A stretch of 64,000 bases of DNA from NCBI GenBank assembly GCA_965242695.1, contig CBDESU010000001.1, positions 1,920,001 to 1,984,000 on the forward strand, given 5' to 3'. A program made the position numbers and the translations under genes. The notes beneath the pieces are model-generated. The model did no database searches and was not told the origin of the DNA. It saw only the letters and a program-made list of their open reading frames with translations. The first letter of the stretch is position 1; each line of letters opens with the position of its first letter. Shown piece by piece: positions 50,761 to 58,791 of the stretch. The stretch comes from Cenarchaeum sp. GTDB lineage: Archaea > Thermoproteota > Nitrososphaeria > Nitrososphaerales > Nitrosopumilaceae.

Positions 50761-51523
50761 ACCCGCGCCCCCCCTTCCGGCGCGGCTCCCCCGCCGCCGC
50801 TGCCGCCGCCGCGCCGTCGTGCCCGTCGTGCGGCAGGTCCATCACTGCGCGCCTCGATATGCGCGGGGGCAGCAGGGCCCGCACGGCCTCGCGCATTGCC
50901 TGCTGCTGCTCCTTGATGCCGCGCGCCGCGTCGATCACGACAAACCTTTCGCGGGACGCCATCGACTCGTACTGCTCGATGATGCGGCTCTGGAATATGC
51001 GGTAGCTCTCGTACGGGTCGCGGCTCAGGTTCAGGTCCATGCCGGCCTCGTAGTACTTTAGGCGCGGGCGGCCGACGAGCATCCGCTCTATGGCGATGTC
51101 GATCGGCGTCCTAAAGTAGAACGACAGGTCCGGCCTCAGCGCGAACCTGTAGATCTTGCGCACCCACGACGGGCTGCACCCGCGCGTCACGTCGCGCGCG
51201 TACGCCGTGTAGATGTAGCGGTCGGCGAGCACGTGGTAGCCGGCCCGCAGCAGCGGCAGTATGTTGCGCTCGTACCGGTCGGCAAAGTCGGTGGCGTGGA
51301 GCAGGCTAAAGGTCGTCGGCGTCAGGTTGGCCTTCTTCTTGCCGCGGGAGGTAATCTCCTTTACGAGGTCAGACGAGTTCCACTCGGTGAGGAACACGTC
51401 GAGGCCGTTGTAGCGCAGCCACCTCTCCAAGAGGCGTATCTGCGTCGACTTGCCCGACCCGTCGATGCCCTCGACGACGATGAGCTTTCCCGGGATTGAG
51501 GCTCGGCCGGCGGCGGGCGTCAT
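50753..51523 (-). CDS. tmk: Thymidylate kinase-like protein 1
   Basis: EGIDGSGKST, ATDFADR, DRYIYT. Confidence 0.88.
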   Translation of the reverse strand: MTPAAGRASIPGKLIVVEGIDGSGKSTQIRLLERWLRYNGLDVFLTEWNSSDLVKEITSRGKKKANLTPTTFSLLHATDFADRYERNILPLLRAGYHVLADRYIYTAYARDVTRGCSPSWVRKIYRFALRPDLSFYFRTPIDIAIERMLVGRPRLKYYEAGMDLNLSRDPYESYRIFQSRIIEQYESMASRERFVVIDAARGIKEQQQAMREAVRALLPPRISRRAVMDLPHDGHDGAAAAAAAGEPRRKGGRGYV

Positions 51524-52183
51524 GCGGCGGCACTCCCCATGGGGGCAGGGCGAGCCGCGCGGGTTTAAGCCTATCGCGGGGCGTGCGATTTTGCGCAGGC
51601 GGCGGGGGAACCGCTCCCCGCGCGCGCTATGCGGCGGCGCGGGATCGCCGGGCGTGCCGCGGCTGTCGAGCCCCGCGGCGGCGGGGGGAGTACCCTGTCC
51701 ACGGCGGGCGGCGCAGCGCAGCCGCTTCCGGCGCGCCCGCCACGGATGCGCCGCGTCGGATCGGCGGGCGGCTCGATCGCCGCGGGCGGATGCGGGCCCC
51801 GCAGCCCCCGCCCCGCCGCGGGACGGAGGAGTGCGTCGAACCGCCGCGCCGGCGGGCCGTGGCGGCATTCCCCTCCCCGGAGGGCCGCGCAGCCCTCAGG
51901 ATGCCCGCAGGCGGTGGGCGGGCATGCGGGCCAAGGCGCACGGGGGGATGGTCAGATGCGGGCGCCGGAATGCGAGCAGGTGCAAAGGGCCGATCCAGTC
52001 GGGCGGTGCAGGGACTTCAAGCCCCGCGGCGGCAGGCGCGGCCGCCGCGCCTGACCGGCCGGGGCATCCCCGGCGGCGCCCGGCAAGGTTTAAACCCCCC
52101 GGCTCGGCGGCCCCGCCGACATCGATTCAAACCGATGGGGAACAGGCCGGCGGCTTGTGCGTTAAGCCGCCGGCCAATCATTG

Positions 52184-54043
52184 TCATTCCAAGAGGGCGC
52201 CAAGCTCGCGCACTCGGTCTCTCACGTACCCGAACCCGCTGCGCCAGAACCGCTCGCCCGCAATGTCAAGGCCGTGCTCGGCGAGCAGGTCCTCGGGCTT
52301 TTGCGAGCCGCCGGCGGCAAGTATCTGCGCGTAGACGGGTGCAAAAGACGGCCCCTCCCTCTTGTACCTCTGGTACAGCGCAAGCGCAAGGAGGTTGCCA
52401 AACGAGTACGAGTAGCAGTAGAACGGCGAGTGGAAAAAGTGCGGGATCGCGACCCACTCGCCGGCGAACGCCCGCGGGACGACGACCGACCGGCCGAACT
52501 GCTCGGACAGGCCGGCCATGTAGGCGTCTGATATGGCGTCCGCGGTGGCCGAGCCGCCCCCCCTTCCCGCGCCGCCGCCGCCGCCGCCGACCAGCTCGTG
52601 CGCCTCCCGCTCGAACGCCGTAAAGAACGACTGCCGCACGACCGTCGCGTACAGCTCGTCGAGGTGCTCGACTGCGATGCGGACGGCCTGCCGCCGCCTC
52701 CACTGCAGGCGGCCGCGCCCGCCGGCCCCGTCCGATCCGGCGGCCGCCAGGCTGTCGTACAGGAGCAGCTCGGCAAAGGTAGAGGCCGTCTCGGCCAGCG
52801 GCAGCGGGGCATCGTGGACCATGATCGACCGGCCGGCGGCGGCCATGCTGTGGACCGCGTGGCCCATCTCGTGGGCTAGCGTGAATACGTCAGAGCGCTC
52901 TCCCGTGTAGCTGAGCAGTATGTAGGGGACGGTCCGCGGCGTCGGCGAGCTGCAGAACGCGCCGTCCCTCTTTCCCGCCCTGACCTCCGAGTCGATGTGG
53001 CCCGAGTCGACGACCCGGCGCGCATGCGCCTCCAGCTCGGGGCTGAACCGGCCGAACGCTCCGAGGACGGCTCGCACGGCCTCGTCGTACGTGTACCTTT
53101 CGGCCGCGGCGGCGGGCGCCGGCGCGTACAGGTCGTACCTGCTCAGCGTCCCCGCGCCGAGCATGCGGGCCTTTAGGCCAAAGTAGGCGCGGAACTCGGA
53201 TGCGCCGCGCCTGCACGCCCCGAGCAGCGACTCCACCGTGGAGTCGTCGACGTCGTTGCCCAGGTTCGTCGCGGATATGGGCGATGCGTGGCCGCGCATG
53301 CCGACGTTCTCGTCGGCCCAATTGAGCGCGATGCTGCGGTATATCTCGGCGAGCACTCCCCTGCTAGCCGAGAACGTCGAGAGCAGCGAGTCGTACGCGC
53401 CCCTCCTGGCGGCCCCCGACGGGCTGCGCACTAGCGCGGCAACCTCTTCTCGCGTCAGTCCCCTCTGCACGCGGGTGCCCCTGCCCCTGCCCGTCCTGAC
53501 GTCGTACCGAAAGGCTCCGGTGATCTTGTCGTAGAGCTTTGCCAGGGCCGACGCCCCCGTCACGTCCAGCGTGTTGATTATCTTTTCCTCGGGCTCGGTG
53601 AGCGTGTACCTTGCGGCGCGGCGCATCTGCTCCAGGTGGTGGCGAAGCTCGCCCGAGCCGGCCGCCAGCCTCTTGGCGTTGCCCTCGTCGATGGACTTTT
53701 CCCACCACAGGTTGAAGAAGAGCATCCGGTTTCCGACGGATGCGCCGAACCGGTCGACGCGGGCAGCCAGGGCCGTGGCCTCCTCGGACTGCGTGTCGGC
53801 CGCGTACCTCAGGCCGGCCGCGGCCGAGACAAGCGCCGACTCCTCCCCCATGCCCTCGATGCGCCGGAGGATCGAGGCGAACTCCTTCTGCGCCATTTTC
53901 GGGTCGAGCGACCTGCGCAGGCGCTCGAACGCCCCGACGCGCCTGTCCATCCGCCCCAGGCGGTCGTCGATCCCGGCGGCGTCTGCCGCGCCCAGCTCGG
54001 ACAGGTCCCACCTGCCCACATCGTACCCTTTGGGGGCGGCCAC
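52184..54043 (-). CDS. pepF: Oligoendopeptidase F (M3B)
   Basis: WDLSEL, GKRDGAFC, TLAHEMGH, AETAS, IPHF..PFYCYSY. Confidence 0.94.
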   Translation of the reverse strand: MAAPKGYDVGRWDLSELGAADAAGIDDRLGRMDRRVGAFERLRRSLDPKMAQKEFASILRRIEGMGEESALVSAAAGLRYAADTQSEEATALAARVDRFGASVGNRMLFFNLWWEKSIDEGNAKRLAAGSGELRHHLEQMRRAARYTLTEPEEKIINTLDVTGASALAKLYDKITGAFRYDVRTGRGRGTRVQRGLTREEVAALVRSPSGAARRGAYDSLLSTFSASRGVLAEIYRSIALNWADENVGMRGHASPISATNLGNDVDDSTVESLLGACRRGASEFRAYFGLKARMLGAGTLSRYDLYAPAPAAAAERYTYDEAVRAVLGAFGRFSPELEAHARRVVDSGHIDSEVRAGKRDGAFCSSPTPRTVPYILLSYTGERSDVFTLAHEMGHAVHSMAAAGRSIMVHDAPLPLAETASTFAELLLYDSLAAAGSDGAGGRGRLQWRRRQAVRIAVEHLDELYATVVRQSFFTAFEREAHELVGGGGGGAGRGGGSATADAISDAYMAGLSEQFGRSVVVPRAFAGEWVAIPHFFHSPFYCYSYSFGNLLALALYQRYKREGPSFAPVYAQILAAGGSQKPEDLLAEHGLDIAGERFWRSGFGYVRDRVRELGALLE

Positions 54044-54114
54044 GCGGCGCGGCGATCCCTTCGGCGTTAAAAACGGTCGCGGCGCCGGCGCCGGCGCCGG
54101 CCGCGGCCGCGGCG

Positions 54115-54375
54115 TCAGCCGTACTCCTTGTGCACGTAGCACCAGCGCCAGCGCCCGTCCGGCAGGGCCTCCATTACGGGGTGGCCCGTCTGCTCAAAGT
54201 GCTTCGTTGCGTGTCGACCCACAGACGAGTCGCAGCATCCGACGTGCCCGCACGTGAGGCACATCCGCACCGCAACCCAGGGAGTGCGGTCCTCGAGGCA
54301 CTCCTCGCACCCGTCCGTCCTCGGCTGCACCCCCTCCGCGGCCCGGCCGTAGTGCTCGCACTTTGCCCCCTGCAT
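54115..54375 (-). CDS. Stand-alone UBP-type zinc finger protein
   Basis: CEH...CEEC...RMCLTCGHVGCCDSS...HATKHF...HP...WRWCY. Confidence 0.92.
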   Translation of the reverse strand: MQGAKCEHYGRAAEGVQPRTDGCEECLEDRTPWVAVRMCLTCGHVGCCDSSVGRHATKHFEQTGHPVMEALPDGRWRWCYVHKEYG

Positions 54376-54457
54376 GCGGCGCGGCTGGAGGCGGGCGAAA
54401 ATTAAAGGTTGCCGGGCAGGGGCCGCGGCGGCGACGGCCGAGGCCGCGCGGAATGGC

Positions 54458-54573
54458 TGGTGGACCGGATGGGATTTGAACCCATGACCCTTGCGGGACT
54501 GCCGCCGGCGCCTGCGCCGCGGCCGCCCTTACGCAGTGTGAGTGCGTCATCCTAGCCGCTAGACAACCGGTCC
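54458..54573 (-). tRNA. tRNA-Val(CAC) with 40-nt intron at non-canonical position 44/45 (intron 54490-54529); CCA encoded
   Basis: Acceptor GGACCGG/CCGGTCC, anticodon arm ACGCA-CT CAC AC-TGCGT, T arm ATGGG-TTCAAAT-CCCAT; bulge-helix-bulge splicing restores AGGUC. Confidence 0.92.
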
Positions 54574-54654
54574 GGCGCGGGCGGGCCTGCAAGCGCTTTT
54601 GTATCTTTGTCCCGCATGCGCGGCAGAGGACAGGGCCGGCCCCGCGCCGGCGGC

Positions 54655-54822
54655 CTACTTCTTGGCCCCCAGGTTGCGGTTCTTGAGGCGCAGGTTGGGG
54701 TTCTTGCACTTGCGGCACCGCGTGGCGGCAAGCGAGTTGCGGGCCCCGCAGTAGAAGCAGATCTTCATGTGCAGGCGCGCCTTTTGCGCGATCTGCTTCT
54801 TGGCCACGTCCGTGATCGGCAT
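54655..54822 (-). CDS. rpl40e: 50S ribosomal protein L40e
   Basis: My translation (below the ORF-track cutoff): MPITDVAKKQIAQKARLHMKICFYCGARNSLAATRCRKCKNPNLRLKNRNLGAKK. Confidence 0.95.
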   Translation of the reverse strand: MPITDVAKKQIAQKARLHMKICFYCGARNSLAATRCRKCKNPNLRLKNRNLGAKK

Positions 54823-54855
54823 TGGTGTCCGCCCCCCGCACGGCCCCCATTTAAC

Positions 54856-55836
54856 CTAGCCGGACTGGCCGCCCGCGCCGCCGCCGCCCGTCCCGCCCAG
54901 CTTTGTGGCCAGCAGGACCGGCACCTCGGCGGGCCTCTTGGCTACCGGCACGTTGGCCCTGCCGAACATGGCCACCTTGGACTCGGCCGACCCGTACGTG
55001 CCCATTACGATGGCCCCCGCGTGCCCCATCCTCTTCTCCTTGGGGGCGGCCCTGCCGGCGATGTACGCCACGACGGGCTTTTCGAACCCGGTGTCTATGA
55101 TGCGCTGCGCTAGCAGCTCTTCGGCGTCGCCGCCGATCTCGCCGACGACGACGACCCCGCGCAGCCCCCCGATGCGGCGGGCCATCTCGAACGCGTCCGT
55201 CAGGCGCGTGCCGTTGACGGGATCGCCTCCGATCCCGATCGTTATGCACTGCCCGAACCCCGCCTGCGTGAGGGCGTTTGATATCTCGTAGAGGAGCGTG
55301 CCGCTCTTGGAGAGGACCGCGATGTCGCCCTCCCTGAAGGGGCTGGCCGGCATTATCCCGACCTTTATGGTCCCCGGTATGATGACGCCCGGGGTGTTCG
55401 GGCCGATCACGGTCGCCCCCTTTTCGGCGGCCATTCCGAGCAGCTCGAGCGTGTCCCTGACCGGGACGTGCTCGGGTATGGCTACGAGCAGCCTGATGCC
55501 CGCCTCCAGGGCGTCGCACGCGGCGGGCAGAAAGTGGCGCGCAGGCACGAACACGGCCGATATCTCGGCGCCGGTCGCCTTGACGGCGTCGGCGACCGTG
55601 TCGTAGATGGGTATGCCGTCAAAGTCCTGCCCGCCCTTGCCCGGCGTCACGCCGGCTGCCACGTTCGTCCCGTACTCGACCATGAGCCGCGTGTGGTGCG
55701 AGCCGAACTTGCCCGTGATTCCCTGTATTATGACGGGCTTTTTTCCGGCCCCCTCGGGAGCCCCGCCGCCGAGCAGCGCGTACACGTCCTGGACGGCCGC
55801 GGCGGCGGCGGCGGCGGCGGCCTGCCCGGCGCTCAT
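54856..55836 (-). CDS. sucD: Succinyl-CoA ligase alpha subunit
   Basis: QGITGK, GVTPGKGG, GPNTPG, SKSGTL, RMGHAGA. Confidence 0.96.
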   Translation of the reverse strand: MSAGQAAAAAAAAAVQDVYALLGGGAPEGAGKKPVIIQGITGKFGSHHTRLMVEYGTNVAAGVTPGKGGQDFDGIPIYDTVADAVKATGAEISAVFVPARHFLPAACDALEAGIRLLVAIPEHVPVRDTLELLGMAAEKGATVIGPNTPGVIIPGTIKVGIMPASPFREGDIAVLSKSGTLLYEISNALTQAGFGQCITIGIGGDPVNGTRLTDAFEMARRIGGLRGVVVVGEIGGDAEELLAQRIIDTGFEKPVVAYIAGRAAPKEKRMGHAGAIVMGTYGSAESKVAMFGRANVPVAKRPAEVPVLLATKLGGTGGGGAGGQSG

Positions 55837-56942
55837 TTTCGCCCGACCTCCATGACGGTAGCGCCTATCGCATCCTCGACCGTGTCGAACAGCCTTGTGC
55901 GCGTGCCGTCGAGCATCTCCCTTGCCTTTTCCGACTCGGCGCCGCGCAACCTCGCGAACACGGGCAGGTCGATGACGCCGTCGTCGTACGCCTTGATGAA
56001 CGCGGCGGCCACCGTCGTCGTCTTTACGATGCCGCCGTACAGGTTGACGAGTATCCCCTTGGCGCGGCCCATGGTGCTGATCAACGTGAGCGCCTCGTAC
56101 ACCGACTCGGTCGTCGCCCCGCCCCCGACATCCAGAAAGCACGCCGGCCTGCCGCCGCTGTCGGCGAGCATGTCGAGCGTCGACATTACCAGCCCCGCGC
56201 CGTTGCCGACGACTGCGATGTTGCCGTCGAGCTCTACTAGCGAGAACCCGCTCTTTTCGGCCCGCTCCTCGATCTCGGAGACCTCTTGGTACTTTGCGAG
56301 CTCGGGGTGCCTAAAGTTAGAGTTGTCGTCGGTCATTACCTTGCCGTCTAGCGCAAGCAGCGAGCCGTCCGAGAGGACGGCAAGGGGGTTGATCTCGGCA
56401 AGCTCGGCCTCCTTTTCGACCGTCAGCCGCGAGAGCGACGACAGTATGGAGACCAGGCTGTCCGCGGCCCCGCCGGACAGGCCGAGGTCGGATGCGACCT
56501 GCCTTGCATCCTCGTCTCCCACGCTGCCGAGGCCGACCTCCCTTATGACCTGGTTCTTGACCGACTCGATCTCGACGCCGCCCTCGGCCGATGCGATCAC
56601 CGTGTAGCAGCGCCTGCTGCGGTTCAGGAACAGCGACAGGTACAGCTCGCGCGAGATGTCCGCCGTCCTCTCGAGCAGGACCGCGCGCGCCCTCTCGCCC
56701 TTGACCGTCATGCCGGCCACCTGCGGGTACTTTAGCTCTAGCTCGTCGGCGCTGCCGCACTTTTGGATGCCGCCTGCCTTGCCACGCCCGCCGACTGGCA
56801 CCTGGATCTTTGCGACAAACGGGTAGCCGATCTCGCCCGCGGCGGCCCTCGCATCCTCCATGCTGCGGCATACGCGGCCCTGCGGCACGGGTACGCCGTA
56901 CTCGGCGAACAGCTCCTTTGCCTGGTACTCTAGCAGGCGCAC
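55833..56942 (-). CDS. sucC: Succinyl-CoA ligase beta subunit
   Basis: LLEYQAKELF, GGRGKAGG, EINPL, GNGAGL, FLDVGGG. Confidence 0.96.
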   Translation of the reverse strand: MRLLEYQAKELFAEYGVPVPQGRVCRSMEDARAAAGEIGYPFVAKIQVPVGGRGKAGGIQKCGSADELELKYPQVAGMTVKGERARAVLLERTADISRELYLSLFLNRSRRCYTVIASAEGGVEIESVKNQVIREVGLGSVGDEDARQVASDLGLSGGAADSLVSILSSLSRLTVEKEAELAEINPLAVLSDGSLLALDGKVMTDDNSNFRHPELAKYQEVSEIEERAEKSGFSLVELDGNIAVVGNGAGLVMSTLDMLADSGGRPACFLDVGGGATTESVYEALTLISTMGRAKGILVNLYGGIVKTTTVAAAFIKAYDDGVIDLPVFARLRGAESEKAREMLDGTRTRLFDTVEDAIGATVMEVGRK

Positions 56943-57269
56943 ATTGCCGCGCCCCGGCCCGATCCTTATATCTGATGGGGCGGCCGCGGCATGCGGCCGG
57001 GTGCCCGGGGCGGCGCCGGCGATGCGGGCCGGCGCGCCGCAACGCAGGGCGGGCAGGCGGCCGTTCGCGCCGTGGCGCGGCATGCCGGCGGCTGCGCCGC
57101 GGGGGAACGGCGCGGGAATTCGAGGCCGCATGCCCCCCTTCCCGCCCCTCCCACCGTCCGCCCAGACGGGCCAGCAGCGCCGTCCCGGCCGCGGATGCGG
57201 CCCGGCTTTACGGCAGCGCGGGCCCTGCGCCGCCCCCGCTACCGCCGCACTTATGTACGGCCCCGCGGC

Positions 57270-58055
57270 ATGGGCGGCATGGACAGCGCGCCGCCGAGCG
57301 ATGCGGGGAAAGGCAGGCACTATGGCGGCGCCGGCGCACCCTCCGGCAGCAGCGAGGAATGCAACGCCAGCGTTTCCTTGCCGGAGCGGGGCACAGAGTT
57401 CACAGGGAGGCAGGTGTGCGAGCGGTTCGGCGTAAAAAAGCGCGGCCGCATACGGGTCAACCACGAGTCAAGGATCGTCGTGCTGGTCGACGGCGCCGAT
57501 GCCCCGACCCGAGGCAGGAACGCGGGGCGCGGCGATTATCTCGAATTCGGCGGCCACGGCGTGGATGCCCAAAGCGGGATGAGGTCTGACGATATTGCGC
57601 TTCCCAATTCGCGCGCAGAGGGCTACGAGGTGCTGTACTTTGCCAAAAGACGCGGCCGGCTCCGCTTTGAGGGGCTCGTCGAGTGCACGCACCACACTCT
57701 CCCCGGTGACGTCCGTCCCGGCCGGAAGATCTCCTTTAGGCTCGGGCCGATCAGGGGGGCGCGCAGCGGCCCCGCAAGGCTCTTTCCCATCGCAATCACG
57801 CCAGAGTCGCTTGACCGCGTAGTGGACTGCCTAGCTCGTTCTGGCATGGTGCACGCCGACGGCGAAGCCATCCAGCTGGCCTCCGGCAGCCAGCAAGCGG
57901 CGGCGAAGGATGCGGAAGATGTCGAGAGCTGCATTGAAACGCTCGAAATACTTGCCGACCCCGACCTTGTCGAGGAGATCAGGGAGAGCGAGGCAGATCT
58001 CCTAGCCGGAAGGGTCGTTCCGTGGGTAAAGGGCAGGGCGCAAAACACGCGGTAG
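57270..58055 (+). CDS. Putative SRA/YDG-like domain protein with antitoxin-like C-terminus
   Basis: FGV...GRIRVN...IVVLV...GDYLEFGGHG..AQ...EVLYF...FEGLV...ISFRL resembles SRA domains of modification-dependent nucleases; tail ETLEILADPDLVEEIRESEADLLAGRVV. Confidence 0.55.
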   Translation: MGGMDSAPPSDAGKGRHYGGAGAPSGSSEECNASVSLPERGTEFTGRQVCERFGVKKRGRIRVNHESRIVVLVDGADAPTRGRNAGRGDYLEFGGHGVDAQSGMRSDDIALPNSRAEGYEVLYFAKRRGRLRFEGLVECTHHTLPGDVRPGRKISFRLGPIRGARSGPARLFPIAITPESLDRVVDCLARSGMVHADGEAIQLASGSQQAAAKDAEDVESCIETLEILADPDLVEEIRESEADLLAGRVVPWVKGRAQNTR

Positions 58056-58434
58056 CCCTGCGCGGTGCCGCACCCGCTCCTACAAAAAAGCGACTGGCGG
58101 GGGGCCGCGCGGGGTGATCAAGGCTCCCGCGTCATCCAGGGTCAACCCAGCCCAGAGCGCATGCGAGTCCCGCCCGGACAGAGGCCTCGCGCGGGCCTGT
58201 CCAGGCGCGGGACGGCGGCCGGTACGAGATGCCCGGGCGTCCGGCGCCAGCCCGTGCCGCCGGCCCGCGCGCTTTCGGCCGCCACGGCCCGCGCTGCCGC
58301 TGGCGCCGTGCGCGCGCCGCCCGGCCTGCGCGGCGGACCAGCGGCATGCGCGCAGGGGGAGAAGAAGGCATCCGCCGCCCGGTCCGCGCGCCGCCGCCAC
58401 CGCCGCCGCCCGGCCCGCGGCGGGGAGCGTAATC

Positions 58435-58776
58435 CTACGGCCCGGCTTGATCCTCGAGGGACGCGACGACCTCGCGGAACACGTCGCGGCTCTTCCTGAG
58501 CAGCACGCCGGGGTACTCGTCGAGCCCGTACACCATCTGCTCGCGAAAGTCGGGCGGGACGACCCCGCCGGACGCGACGAGCTGCTCGACGACATGGGTG
58601 CTCGTAAGCGTGCACACCGCCTCTTCGTACGACCCGTTCTCCTCCTCGATGACCCTCCTGTACAGCACTATCGGCGCGTTTGCGCGGCGCGCCGCCGCCG
58701 CGCCCCCCCTCAGCAGCTTTGCAAGGTGGCCGGCCTGCCACGCGTCCAGGTCGATCTGCTTGCTCATGCGGCGCAT
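58435..58776 (-). CDS. Hypothetical protein downstream of ileS
   Basis: PIVLYRRVIEEENGSYEEAVCTLT..HVVEQLV.SGG; host codon usage. Confidence 0.75.
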   Translation of the reverse strand: MRRMSKQIDLDAWQAGHLAKLLRGGAAAARRANAPIVLYRRVIEEENGSYEEAVCTLTSTHVVEQLVASGGVVPPDFREQMVYGLDEYPGVLLRKSRDVFREVVASLEDQAGP

Positions 58777-58791
58777 CCGCAGGAATTGTAT

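Noticed and set aside
51560-52180. GC-rich intergenic stretches (also 5620-5900 and 58060-58430) as SRP or RNase P RNA
   Set aside because: I could not find the conserved SRP helix-8 or RNase P P4 motifs
54115-54460. Integrated element at the tRNA-Val 3' end
   Set aside because: No integrase and no second copy of the tRNA 3' end seen in the window
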